Of a stretch of DNA of 64,000 nt, positions 1-10,109 are shown in pieces. A program made the position numbers and the translations under genes. How positions within the stretch are numbered: position 1 is the stretch's first letter; each line of letters begins with the position of its first letter. Origin of the DNA: an uncultured Phycisphaerales bacterium (GTDB lineage Bacteria > Planctomycetota > Phycisphaerae > Tepidisphaerales > Tepidisphaeraceae); assembly GCA_963755915.1 (NCBI GenBank), contig CAVWLP010000002.1, forward strand, positions 96,001 through 160,000. Direction: 5' to 3'. Below the pieces are notes generated by a model. The model did not search any database, was not told the origin of the DNA, and saw only the letters and a program-made list of their open reading frames with translations.

Positions 1-2
1 TC

Positions 3-122
3 GTGAAGGCGATGCGGTTGGCGCATGGTAGAGTGCCGGTCGAATCGTTTGATGGCAAAGTCGAATGCCCCGGTTACTACGAAGACATCAGCCGGAGCCT
101 TCATTCCCAAATCTTAGGATAG
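3..122 (+). CDS. 3' end of an unidentified CDS running in from the window edge
   Basis: Open frame VKAMRLAHGRVPVESFDGKVECPGYYEDISRSLHSQILG* ending at TAG 120-122; too short to assign. Confidence 0.35.
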   Translation: MKAMRLAHGRVPVESFDGKVECPGYYEDISRSLHSQILG

Positions 123-499
123 CGGAATAAATCAGGCAATAATCCGAACGCTAGATCAAAGCCGATCTGCGATTCTGATCGTCGTGAAGGATGCAACGAT
201 GAATCCCATCCCAGTCCAGAGCGCACCGTCTGCCACATCGCCTTCTGGGAGCCGCACATGGCCTTCGAGTTCAGCCTCGCCGATTGGAAAATACAAACCC
301 ACCGCATCGGCATGAATGGGCGATACCTGTGGGGTAGCGCCGCCCCATTCGTGAGTTGGATCGACGATTCAATTACGTACGTATTCACGTATGTCATGGA
401 AACGAAAACGCTTAGGGCGTTACCACAAGGGATTGGCCGCAGTATGAGTGATGACGCACCAACCACATGGTTGTACAATTGATCGACGGTACGAAGCTC

Positions 500-1291
500 A
501 TGATCCATTTGCGTGGACATTCCGCGTTTATCACTGGTTCCGCTCGAGGCATTGGAAAGGCGCTCGCATGCGCCTTTGCGCAAGCTGGTGCGAATGTGCT
601 AGTGCATGGGGAACGTAACGCACAAGAAGCTCAACAGGTTGTGGCAGAGTGCAAAGGGTTTGGCGTTCAATCGCAATTGTTGACAGCTGAGCTAGCCAAC
701 ATAGGCGAAAAGGAGCTTTGTTCACTCTGCAATAACTGTTTCTCACTTATGCCAACACTCGATATTCTTGTGAACAATGCGGGATCATTTTTTGATTTGC
801 CATATCTGGAGATGTCGCAGGAACGCTTTGATCGCACGATGAATCTGCACGTACGGACGCCTTATTTCTTAACTCAGGCGTTTGCTCGTCATTGGATTGC
901 GTCGCAAACTCCTGGGCGCGTTTTGTTCGTGGGCTCGATCAATGGGCGACTCGCTGAAGTCGATTCCACGGCCTATGACACCTCTAAGGGTGCAGTCGAG
1001 ATGATGGTCAAAACGATCGCCGTAGCCTTGATTGGCAACAGAATTCGGGTGAACGGTATCGCACCGGGCTTAATTCGAACGCCACTGACTGCGTGGGTTG
1101 ACGGTGACCAAAGGGCATCAAGTTGGATAGAATATCATACGCCAAATAAACAAATTCCTCATGCACAGGTTTGCGGCCCTGCCGCCGTTTACCTCTGTAG
1201 CGACATGTCAGATCACGTTGTCGGCCATATGCTCACGGTGGATGGCGGTATTAGCACGTGGCAACAACCGCCAACACCCCTATCCGAGTAA
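500..1291 (+). CDS. SDR family NAD(P)-dependent oxidoreductase
   Basis: TGSARGIG Rossmann motif, NNAG, catalytic YDTSK (YxxxK), NGIAPG, DGG. ATG 500 (MIHLRGH) preferred as start. Confidence 0.9.
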   Translation: MIHLRGHSAFITGSARGIGKALACAFAQAGANVLVHGERNAQEAQQVVAECKGFGVQSQLLTAELANIGEKELCSLCNNCFSLMPTLDILVNNAGSFFDLPYLEMSQERFDRTMNLHVRTPYFLTQAFARHWIASQTPGRVLFVGSINGRLAEVDSTAYDTSKGAVEMMVKTIAVALIGNRIRVNGIAPGLIRTPLTAWVDGDQRASSWIEYHTPNKQIPHAQVCGPAAVYLCSDMSDHVVGHMLTVDGGISTWQQPPTPLSE

Positions 1292-1696
1292 TTCCATATT
1301 TACGAAACTACTTTCATACTACAAAACATGTTGGCAGAACCATCTCAATGCACACCTGATTTGATCGGTAACCCTTCGGCCGACCGCATTGCTCAACTGC
1401 TAGCGGCTCGGAGCAGCTTCACATGATCCGCTTCCAACGCCGACTTCTGCGCGGTCATCAAATCGCGCTTCCATGCATCCGCAGGTAATTTTGCAATTCT
1501 TCCGCCGGCGTGGCTGTGAGATGGGCCAGCACGTTGCGCGATCACCTTTGTTGTAGGTTATGTCGTAAGGCTTCCTTTTGCGGCGAGAATCCCGCCGCGC
1601 CAGGATGAACTTCCCAGCTCCGTGGCGATCCGGGCGCTTTCGGATAACTGATATCTGAAAAAACAGAAACCCGTCAAGTGCGCGGACCAACTCGGT

Positions 1697-2473
1697 TCAC
1701 TTGGCTGTATAACCGCCATCAACCGCGATATTCGTCCCCGTGATATACGCCGACGCGTCCGATGCAAGGAAAACCACAGCCCCCGCCAGATCCGTATCAT
1801 TAGCCATACGGCCCAGAAAAGTCCTGCGGGAATACCGCTCCACAAAAACCGGATCCTGCCCAGCCAGAAAACCGCCCGGGCTGATCGCATTGACCCGCAC
1901 TCCCCGCGGCCCGAGCTTGGCCGCCGCAAACCGCGTCAGTTGCAACAGCCCCCCCTTATGAAAGAAGTAATCGGGCGGCGTCTCCCAGCCCAATTCCTCA
2001 TAAAGCGTGAAGTCGGGCCCTACCGAGCCCTGAATCGAGCTGACATTGATGATGCTCCCCCGCCCGCGCTGCGCCATGTGATCGCCGAAGATTCGCGTCA
2101 TCATGAACAGCCCCGTCGCGTTGACCGCCATACTTTTTGCGAAATCCGCGCTCGGCGAAGCCCAATCTTTCATCGTTCTCAGAACCGCATTGTTCACCAG
2201 TACGTCAACCCCTCCCGCCTGGCGCACGATAAAGTCCAGCGTTTCCTGAATTGATGCTTCCTCCGCCTGGTCCAACCGGAGCGCTTCGGCGCGGAGTCCT
2301 TCTTTTGCGAACTGATCGGCAAGCTGCCGCAAGCCGTGCACGTTTCGGCTGGCCATATAAAGTGTCGCCGCCGCCTGCCCCAATGCCCGCGCGATTTGCC
2401 TGCCGAACAGTCCCGCCGCGCCGGTCACCAGAGCAACTTTTCCATCGAGCCGAAAGGAGTCCATCACTGTCAT
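1697..2473 (-). CDS. SDR family oxidoreductase (sugar-acid dehydrogenase-like)
   Basis: TGAAGLFG, NNA, YFFHK, NAISPGG, DGGYTA. The start overlaps the stop of the upstream MlrC gene. Confidence 0.9.
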   Translation of the reverse strand: MTVMDSFRLDGKVALVTGAAGLFGRQIARALGQAAATLYMASRNVHGLRQLADQFAKEGLRAEALRLDQAEEASIQETLDFIVRQAGGVDVLVNNAVLRTMKDWASPSADFAKSMAVNATGLFMMTRIFGDHMAQRGRGSIINVSSIQGSVGPDFTLYEELGWETPPDYFFHKGGLLQLTRFAAAKLGPRGVRVNAISPGGFLAGQDPVFVERYSRRTFLGRMANDTDLAGAVVFLASDASAYITGTNIAVDGGYTAK

Positions 2474-3934
2474 TGCAACTCCTCAAAAGGAAACAGCGGC
2501 CGTCGCCGCCGCTTAAATGGTAGCCGCGCCATGTTCGCGGTCGTCACGCCGGGCGTATCCACGCGGATAAACGTCCGGCACACCGGCGAATACGCCGCGA
2601 TCGGCGCATTAACGCCCTTGGCAACCAGAACCGAAAACTTCTCCGGCTCAATCCTGCACGATGTCAATTGATTCAAGCTGAAGGGCGGCGTGCGCTGCGA
2701 GTGCACGAGCAATGTTAGCGATTCCGAATCAATCACCGCCGTCTTTCCCATATCAAATCGCCCCTGCCCGCCGTGCCGAATCTGCTCTTCGCGAAATACT
2801 CCATCGTGAAGACTTCGAACCCGTCCCCTGACAAGCAACGGCTCGCCATGCATTTTATCGCTCTTCCCGCCGACAAGTCCTTCGAATACCGCGTCTCCTC
2901 CCAGTGAAGCCGCCACTTCGGCCGCATCCGCATCGCATAGCGCGACAAAACTATTTCTAATTTTCTGCCTTTGGAAGGCGTGCGCTATGATGGTCCCATC
3001 CCCCGGCGAGCCGCCACCGACGTTGTCCCCCAAATCCAGCAAACACACCGGCTTTTCAGATCGCATCGCCAGGTCGATCGCTTCTTCAACTGACGGCAAC
3101 TGCGGCTCGAAATCCCGTCGGTGCGCGACGAGATAAGTACCCAACTGATCCGCCAATCCGCGCCTGCTCCTGATCATTGTCCGTCACCACAACAAAGCTC
3201 GACCCCATTTCCGGCACATCGGCATATGGAAATCCCAGAACCACCCCGTTGCTCAGCACCCCCGGCAATTTCAACTGCGCATCGGCCAAGCGTACCAGTT
3301 CGAGGCTAGGAGGCGATTCGGTATGTTGTGCCGCAATATTGATCGCGACCGTTGGGAAAACCGCGGCCATTGTCGGCCGAACTTCGCCCCGCAGCGTCCG
3401 CACCATCAACACTGCCGCTTCAAGCCCCCTTGCATGTTGATCGACATGAGGATTCGTACGATACGGAATGATCGCCTGGCAGGCACTGACCATTGCCGCC
3501 GATAAATTCGCATGCGGATCAATCGTAGCAATGATCGGCTTGGCCTGGCCCAGGCGCTGGCGAACCAGCCCCAACCAATGCCCATCCATATCCGGAATCT
3601 TTTCGCTCACTCCGGCCCCATGGGGCGCCGCCAGTATTCCCGCCAGCGGACCAGCGCCATCGAGGCAATCCAGCATCTCCGTCAGAAGATGCCCAAATGC
3701 ATCGTCGGTGACGACTCCGCCTGGCGTGGCGATCGCCGCAAACAGCGGAACCGCCTCCATCCCTGCCGACCAAAGCCCGTTGAAAAATCCCCCCACTTCA
3801 TGATGGCTGTTTCGGAAATGCTCTCGTACTGCTTCTCCGGTTAACAGCACGTTTCGCCGGAAGTCTTCCAGGCTCGTCGCTTGCGGAAGGAACGTATTCG
3901 ACTCGTGCTGGAGAGCTATGATTCCGACGCGCAT
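2470..3934 (-). CDS. M81 family metallopeptidase (MlrC-like), split by one frameshift near 3160
   Basis: N-terminal frame has MRVGIIALQHESNTF, HGA, DPHAN and YRTNPHVD. C-terminal frame has DLGDNVGGGSPGDGT, VAKG and DTPG. Confidence 0.88.
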
Positions 3935-3966
3935 GCGATTTTGCCGCGATCTGTCACCGATCTTGT

Positions 3967-3983
3967 ATTCCACTATACGAAAC
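3967..3983. promoter_or_regulatory. Probable IclR-family operator between the divergent mlrC-like and iclR genes
   Basis: ATTCCACTATACGAAAC matches the IclR-family consensus GKTYCRY-W3-RYGRAMC (recalled) at 16/17 positions, inside a 64-bp divergent gap. Confidence 0.7.
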
Positions 3984-3998
3984 GATATATTCACAATA

Positions 3999-4757
3999 AT
4001 GGAATCGACTTCGATTGTCAAAGCCTTTTCCCTGCTTGAATTATTGGCCGAATTGAAAGGTTCCGGCTCGCTCAACCAGCTCGCCCTCGGTACCGGCACC
4101 ACAAAGCCAAGCGCTCATCGCATCTTGCGCTGCCTCGTCGGGCTCGGATATGTTCAGCATGATTCGGGGGGTATATACCGCCTCACCCCGAAGCTTCACT
4201 GGGTCGCCCTTGGACGAAGCGATCGCCGGTTGGCATCGATCGCCGATTCGCTCCTCCGCCGGCTTCATCAGCAAACCGCAGAAACCGTCAACCTCGGCGT
4301 CCTTCGCCGCAATCGCATCGTTTACATCACAGTACTGGAGTCCTCTCATCCGTTGCGGCGCGTCGTCGAAACCCATGAGAGCGATCCCGTCTTCTCCACC
4401 GCTCTCGGCCGCGCAATCGCCGCCTTTCTGCCCGAGACAAAGATCGACAACTTGCTCTCTACCGCCGCGATTGAGGTCAGAACTCCTCGAACGACCAGAA
4501 ACGAGGAAGAGTTGCGGCGAGTTCTCGCCAAGGTCCGCCGCGTTGGGTACGCCATCGAGCGCGATGAAACTGATCTGGGTGTAACCTGCATTGCCGCACC
4601 GGTGATGTCCGACGGACAGCCGATCGCGGCGATCAGCCTGAGTGTTCCCTCGGCCCGCGTCGATGCAAATTCAGAAAAACGCTGGACTTCCGACGTGCAG
4701 TCGACCGCGCAGTCCCTCAGCCGTGAGCTTGCCGCTTCCGAGCGAGCAACCGCCTAG
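3999..4757 (+). CDS. IclR family transcriptional regulator
   Basis: N-terminal HTH (SIVKAFSLLELLAE...TKPSAHRILRCLVGLGYV), ETVNLG, TALGRAI and GYAIERDETDLGVTCIAAPV signature. Confidence 0.93.
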   Translation: MESTSIVKAFSLLELLAELKGSGSLNQLALGTGTTKPSAHRILRCLVGLGYVQHDSGGIYRLTPKLHWVALGRSDRRLASIADSLLRRLHQQTAETVNLGVLRRNRIVYITVLESSHPLRRVVETHESDPVFSTALGRAIAAFLPETKIDNLLSTAAIEVRTPRTTRNEEELRRVLAKVRRVGYAIERDETDLGVTCIAAPVMSDGQPIAAISLSVPSARVDANSEKRWTSDVQSTAQSLSRELAASERATA

Positions 4758-4772
4758 GCACAGGGTTCGATT

Positions 4773-5434
4773 ATGGCCAAGACAACTGAAATCACGCTCG
4801 GCATGATGAGAGAAAAGCTCTACAGCGCCGTCGTCTGCGATGCCTTGGACGCCATCGGTCGCCGCAACCAATCCCCTTGTCTCCCCCTGCAACCAATGAC
4901 CGGAATCTCCCGACTTGTCGGCCGGTGCCGCACCACCCTCTGGGCCGATATGGCCCACGAAGATCCCCGCCCTTACGAACTGGAACTTCAAGCGGTGGAT
5001 GGCTGCCGGCCCGACGAAGTATTGATCTGCGCAGCCGCGGGATCCATGCGGTCTGGAATCTGGGGCGAACTACTTTCCACCGCCGCGCACAACAGCGGCT
5101 GTGTTGGCGCGATTGTTGACGGCGCCGTCCGCGATCTCCAGAAAATGACGACGATGGGCTTTCCCGTCTTCGCGCGTGGAACCTGCGTTTACGATAGCCT
5201 TCACCGCCAGCGCGTGATCGATCTTGACGTACCCGTCGAAATCGATGGCGTAGCCTTTCGAAGCGGAGATCTTGTTATTGCAGATACCGACGGCGTTGTC
5301 GTCATCCCGCGAGAAGTTGAGACCGAAGCAATCCAGCGAGCCTGGGAAAAGGTCCACGCTGAAGACCACATGCGCAATGAGATTCGCGCGGGATGAAAGC
5401 CACCGCGGCTTTTTCCAAGTACGGAATCCTCTGA
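4773..5434 (+). CDS. RraA family / HMG-aldolase-like protein; 1-nt deletion near 5392 hides the C-terminus
   Basis: VCDALD, WGELLS and VDGAVRD motifs. Restoring one base gives ...EIRAGMKATAAFSKYGIL*, whose TGA overlaps the next ATG (TGATG 5432-5436). Confidence 0.88.
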
Positions 5435-6531
5435 TGTCCGAGCAATACACTGAGCCAAGCGTCACCCGAGACGGTTGTCAGGCGCGTCAAATGCGCTTTG
5501 CCGACTTGCTCGCCGAAAGTGGATATGACGGCGCCATCCTGACCCACCCGGGACAAATCTTCTCCCTCAGCGGCCATTGGACGCGCGGCGTCTTCCAATC
5601 GCTCCTCTTTGTATGCAGCGAAGGAAAAACCACCCTTGCCACTCCAATTTCCCCAAGGCTGCCCGTGTTCGTCACCGACACAATAATTTTCCCCGGCGCC
5701 AAGCTCGGAACCCTGATCGACGATCAATTGGCAGCAGGACTGGAAGCACTTTCCCCCCGGACTTCCGCCCTGAAACGAATCGGCTCCGACATGCCGATGG
5801 ACGCGCTCACCAGCGGACAAATCTCTCCCTACGACATCGCCCCCCTGCTGCGTAAACTTCGACGCACAAAACTCCCCGACGAGATTGAACTAATCCGCCG
5901 CGGCATCGCCGGCTGTGAGACCGCCTATGAGGTTGCAAAGGAAAGCGTCCGTCCCGGGTACTGCGAATGGGAAATGTATTTAGCGCTTCATGCCGCCGCC
6001 GTGGCCGCCGTCGGCGAACCCATCGGTGAATTCGGCAACGATTTTCAGGCCGGCACGCCCGGTGGCCCGCCCCGACGGCGCCCAATGGCCGATGGCGAAC
6101 TGATGCCCCTCGATTTATCCGTAGTCGTCCGCGGCTATACGTCCGACATGTGCCGAACGTTTTGCGTCGACAAAGATCCGACTGCCGCGCAAGCCGACGC
6201 CCATCAGTGGGTCGCCGACGCTCTCGCTTTCGTCGAACAAACCGTCAGGCCCGGCGTCAGTTGCCGCCGTCTCTATCTCGACGTCGCCGAAATGCTCCGC
6301 AAATCCCCTTGGGACTTCCCCCACCATCTCGGCCATGGAATCGGCCTGTCGGCCCACGAAGCTCCGCGGCTGAATCCGAATTGGGACGACACCTTTCAGG
6401 AAGGCGATGTCTTCACCGCCGAGCCCGGCCTCTACGGCGAAGATCTGCGCGGCGGCGTTCGATTGGAAAATGACTACGTCGTCACCGCCGATGGTGTCCG
6501 TTCTTTGTGCCGTTTTCCCCTTGATTTTTAG
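5434..6531 (+). CDS. M24 family Xaa-Pro peptidase
   Basis: LRRTKLPDEIELIR plus metal-ligand motifs DLS, YTSDMCRT, HHLGHGIG..HEAP, EPGLY and GVRLEND. Confidence 0.92.
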   Translation: MSEQYTEPSVTRDGCQARQMRFADLLAESGYDGAILTHPGQIFSLSGHWTRGVFQSLLFVCSEGKTTLATPISPRLPVFVTDTIIFPGAKLGTLIDDQLAAGLEALSPRTSALKRIGSDMPMDALTSGQISPYDIAPLLRKLRRTKLPDEIELIRRGIAGCETAYEVAKESVRPGYCEWEMYLALHAAAVAAVGEPIGEFGNDFQAGTPGGPPRRRPMADGELMPLDLSVVVRGYTSDMCRTFCVDKDPTAAQADAHQWVADALAFVEQTVRPGVSCRRLYLDVAEMLRKSPWDFPHHLGHGIGLSAHEAPRLNPNWDDTFQEGDVFTAEPGLYGEDLRGGVRLENDYVVTADGVRSLCRFPLDF

Positions 6532-6549
6532 CTTTTCAGGTGCGATTCG

Positions 6550-6750
6550 GTGTTACAAGACCAGCTCATCTCGACCGTCTATTTTGGAGCCGACGGCCCC
6601 ACCCTTTTGATTACCGCCGGCGTCCACGGTGACGAATACGAGCCCATGCTGGCGATTCGCAGCCTCTTTCCGATTCTGGAATCGGCGCGGTTGCAACCAC
6701 AATCGTCCCTCGATCTCTCACAACTCGAGCAAATGTTGGGACCACAATAG
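6550..6750 (+). pseudogene. N-terminal fragment of a succinylglutamate desuccinylase/aspartoacylase (M14) family protein
   Basis: GPTLLITAGVHGDEYEP is the HxxE zinc motif. The ORF ends after 66 aa and the next gene starts 20 bp later. Confidence 0.7.
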
Positions 6751-6769
6751 AGAAAGAGCTCCTCCAAGA

Positions 6770-7528
6770 ATGTTCGATCTCAGCGCAAAGTTTGCAGTGG
6801 TAACCGGCGCAGGCTCCGGAATTGGCGAGGCGATTGCCCGGGTTTTCGCCAACGCCGGCGCGGAAGTCTTTGTGCTTGATTGCGACGCCTCGGCCGCGCA
6901 ACGCGTCGCCGAAAAGCTCCCAAATGCCAAGGCGATTCTCGCAGATGTATCCGATGAAAATTCCGTCAATCAGGCCGTCAGCCAAGTTCTTGAGCAGACC
7001 AGCCGGCGAATCGACGTGCTGGTCAACAATGCCGGAATCGGCCACGTTGGAACCGTCCTGACCACCACCCCAGCAGATCTCGATCGCCTCTACCGCGTCA
7101 ACGTCCAGGGCATTCTCATGATGACCCGCGCTGTCCTTCCCTCGATGATCGCCCAAAGCACCGGCTCCGTAATAAACCTCGCGTCTATCGGCGGCATTGT
7201 CGGCATCCGCGACAGGCTCGCCTACTGCACAACCAAATTTGCCGTCGTGGGAATGACCAAGTGCATGGCGCTGGACCATGCGACGACCGGTGTGCGATTT
7301 AACGCCATTTGTCCCGGCCGGGTCGAAACGCCTTTCGTCACCGCGCGGCTTGCCGAATACGCCGACCCGCAAAAAGCCCGCCAGGAAATGGCCGCTTCCC
7401 AAGCCATCGGCCGAATGGGCCAACCCGACGAAATCGCCGCCGCCGCCCTCTATCTCGCTTCCGATGAATCCAGGTTCGTCACCGGCAGTTCATTCATCAT
7501 CGATGGGGGATTCTCCGCGGGAAAATGA
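6770..7528 (+). CDS. SDR oxidoreductase (2-keto-3-deoxy-sugar-acid dehydrogenase/BDH2-like)
   Basis: TGAGSGIG, NNAG, AYCTTK, NAICPGRVETP, DGG. Confidence 0.9.
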   Translation: MFDLSAKFAVVTGAGSGIGEAIARVFANAGAEVFVLDCDASAAQRVAEKLPNAKAILADVSDENSVNQAVSQVLEQTSRRIDVLVNNAGIGHVGTVLTTTPADLDRLYRVNVQGILMMTRAVLPSMIAQSTGSVINLASIGGIVGIRDRLAYCTTKFAVVGMTKCMALDHATTGVRFNAICPGRVETPFVTARLAEYADPQKARQEMAASQAIGRMGQPDEIAAAALYLASDESRFVTGSSFIIDGGFSAGK

Positions 7529-7632
7529 GAGGTATTATGACCTACAGCATCAAGCACCGCATTTGAGTTACTTTTACCGTCCTGACTTTTTTGTCCGCAA
7601 GCCGCATCTTCGTGGCATTCATTTTGGAGCGG

Positions 7633-8700
7633 TCAAAGTTGATGCGGGAGATCAGGTCCCCGTCGCTTCTTGCCTCTGGTCGCCTCGTCGGTAAAAACGT
7701 AGTGAACGAGATCCAACAACTCCCCCGCCCGGACCGCCCAGGTCTGCCGCTCGATATATTTCCGCCGCGCCGCAACGTCCACCGCGAATTCCCCGGCGAG
7801 AATCCTGCGAGCCAGCTTCGCCGCCTCCCGTCCGTTTTCAGCGATGTGAATATGCGGCAGATGCTCCCGCGCTTCCCGGATCGCCGTGCTGATGATCGGA
7901 CGCGGGATGGTTAAATAATCATACAGCCGTAGCGGGCACCGGCGGTCAGCGTACCCACCGGGTTTCAGCAGGCACAGCGAGATGTCGAAGTGCTGCATGA
8001 ACGCCGGAAGATTTTCGTGCGGCTGCGGGCCCAGGAAGTGGATGTCGAATTTGCTCATCAACTCCGCCGCGATTTTCCGCAGGCGATCGGGGTTCTCGTC
8101 TTCAAGACCGCCCACGAGGCACAGGCGCGCTTCGGGAAGATTCGCCGCGAGGTCGGCAATGAAATCCCAGTCGCAGGTGTCGTTGATCTGGCCAACGGCG
8201 CCGAGCACCCGCTTGCCCGCGGGAAGATTCCCCGGTCGCGGCATCGGCGCGGCGTCGAGGAACGATTGCTCCGTGGCATTCGGAAGATAAAAGACTTTTC
8301 CCCGCGTTCGCGGGACAAACTCTTCCACGAGCTGCCGCGAGACGGCGAAGACCGCGTCGCAAATGCTCAGCATCCGCGACTCCAGCCGATGAATCTCGTC
8401 ACGGTTCCAGCAGGTCCAGTATTCGAAGGGGTCCTTGCAATAATAAACCCGCACCGCCCGCGGAAACTTTTCCGCCAGCGGAGCAAGCTGCGGCCAGGGG
8501 AACACGATTACGTCCGGATTGCCGAACTGTGCGTCGACCTGCCGATAAAATTGATCCGGCAGAGTGCCCGTCAGCGCAAGCTGGTGCTCGGGCGTCGGCA
8601 GAAACTCCAGATACGAAACCTTCGCGTGGCATCCGACTTCGTCGAAAAGATAACGCACCCGCGGGTTCTGAGGGGCGACGACGAGAAACGATACTTCCAT
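7633..8700 (-). CDS. GT-B fold glycosyltransferase (GT4-like)
   Basis: VYYCKD, DAVFAVS, YLPNA, FLGPQPHENLPAFMQHFD, PLRLYDYL...PIIST, TWAVRA. Confidence 0.8.
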   Translation of the reverse strand: MEVSFLVVAPQNPRVRYLFDEVGCHAKVSYLEFLPTPEHQLALTGTLPDQFYRQVDAQFGNPDVIVFPWPQLAPLAEKFPRAVRVYYCKDPFEYWTCWNRDEIHRLESRMLSICDAVFAVSRQLVEEFVPRTRGKVFYLPNATEQSFLDAAPMPRPGNLPAGKRVLGAVGQINDTCDWDFIADLAANLPEARLCLVGGLEDENPDRLRKIAAELMSKFDIHFLGPQPHENLPAFMQHFDISLCLLKPGGYADRRCPLRLYDYLTIPRPIISTAIREAREHLPHIHIAENGREAAKLARRILAGEFAVDVAARRKYIERQTWAVRAGELLDLVHYVFTDEATRGKKRRGPDLPHQL

Positions 8701-8720
8701 AAAACTCACACCAGATTACC

Positions 8721-8758
8721 CCCTCTCCCAGTACTCTGGGAGAGGGCAGGGGTGAGGG
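8721..8758 (+). repeat. REP-like palindromic repeat, family A, copy 1
   Basis: CCCTCTCCCA-GTACTC-TGGGAGAGGG (perfect 10-bp stem) plus CAGGGGTGAGGG tail. Eight related copies occur in the window. Confidence 0.85.
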
Positions 8759-8837
8759 CCTAAAAACAATCCGGTATACAATTTGCTCTCATCCGCGAGG
8801 TCTTGCGGCAAATCGTTGGGCAATCTATTTTCCCGTC

Positions 8838-9617
8838 ATGCCCTCAGAAACCGTGGTCTTCCAGAGCTTCCGCACGCACGATGTCCCCACCTGGATCACC
8901 CGCTGTATGGAGACCGCGCGGGCGTGGGCCGCCTTGCGGGGGTTTGATTACCAGTTTCTCGACGACGGGTTCTTCGATCGGATTCCCGACCGATATCGCG
9001 CCCGGACCGACAATAAAGTAATCCTTTCCGACCTGGCCCGTCTGCTCGTGAGCAGGGAGCTGCTCGACGGTGGTTACCAGCGCGTCGTCTGGGTGGATGC
9101 GGATGCGGCGGTCTTCGATCCGCAGGCGTGGGTCTTGCCGACAGGAAGCAGCTTTTATTTCTGCCACGAGCTTTGGCCGATCCCGATGCCCGACGGGCTG
9201 AAGCTGGAGATTCGGGCGAACAATGCGGTGATGGTTTTCTCGCGGGGGAATTCGTTTTTGGATTTTTATATCGACAGTTGCTGCCGGATCCTCGACAGCG
9301 ATGAGTCCCTGAAGAGCTGGCATCTCGGGGTGCGATTCCTGACGGCGATTCGCAACGTCTGTCCCCTGCCGGTGCTGACGAATGTGGGCATGATCGGCGC
9401 CGACCTCCTGCGCGATATTGTGGCCGGCCCGAAGCGGATGACCGCGGCATACGTGAAGTCGATGGGCGTGCCGCTGGTGGCCGCGAATATGTGCGCCTCC
9501 GCGCTGGGGGCCAGTGGAGATGGGTTTACCGTCACCGAGGAAGTTTTTCACGGCGTGGTGGAGCAACTCATCGACTCGAAGGGTGAGATTCTCAACCGGT
9601 ATCTGAAGCCGCGATAG
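8838..9617 (+). CDS. Hypothetical protein, possible GT-A nucleotide-sugar transferase
   Basis: SDLARL...YQRVVWVDADA carries a DxD motif after a hydrophobic strand; NNA motif. Confidence 0.6.
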   Translation: MPSETVVFQSFRTHDVPTWITRCMETARAWAALRGFDYQFLDDGFFDRIPDRYRARTDNKVILSDLARLLVSRELLDGGYQRVVWVDADAAVFDPQAWVLPTGSSFYFCHELWPIPMPDGLKLEIRANNAVMVFSRGNSFLDFYIDSCCRILDSDESLKSWHLGVRFLTAIRNVCPLPVLTNVGMIGADLLRDIVAGPKRMTAAYVKSMGVPLVAANMCASALGASGDGFTVTEEVFHGVVEQLIDSKGEILNRYLKPR

Positions 9618-9978
9618 CGGCTTCGATAAGCTGCTTCAGCAGGGAGCGATGGCAATGCGACTCGCGCGTGCACGCGGAGGAGCACAGAAGGGTGATCGTC
9701 TCGCCGGCTTTCGAGCGATCGGCCAGTGACTGGATCAGCGATTTTTGAGATTTCATCTCCGCAAGATAGCGCTGTCGATATTGCGCCCAGGAAATAGGCG
9801 AGGAACTCTTCGCATGAAACGCCGCCAGCAGCTCCCGGCTGGGCCCGAGATCGGGCTGCCAGGCGTCCCAGGTTTCATCCGATTTGCTGACGCCGCGCGG
9901 GCGGTAGCGACAGATGAGCAGGCGAAAGCCGTCGTCTTTTTCGATGGAGTCGTTGAAGCGTTTGGTTTTGATGGGCAT
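9592..9978 (-). CDS. DUF488/YeaO family protein
   Basis: MPIKTKR, DDGFRLLICRYRPRGVSK, LGPSRELL, ITLLC, HCHRSLL. Confidence 0.85.
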   Translation of the reverse strand: MPIKTKRFNDSIEKDDGFRLLICRYRPRGVSKSDETWDAWQPDLGPSRELLAAFHAKSSSPISWAQYRQRYLAEMKSQKSLIQSLADRSKAGETITLLCSSACTRESHCHRSLLKQLIEAAIAASDTG

Positions 9979-10109
9979 TGGAATCTGCCTAAAACGTAGA
10001 TTTTGTGGTGCAAACCTAGATCGCCAAACGAAGTATATGCTGAAAAACACGCAGATTACTTGCGAGTTCGCAAACTGTTAGGTACAGTTACCCTAGCCAG
10101 GAGAGTGCG

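Noticed and set aside
123-499. Short ORFs and a TACGTACGTA palindrome upstream of the first SDR
   Set aside because: No recognisable protein motif or extended RNA structure was found.
2470-3934. Microcystin degradation locus
   Set aside because: Only an MlrC-family homologue is present; mlrA, mlrB and mlrD are absent.
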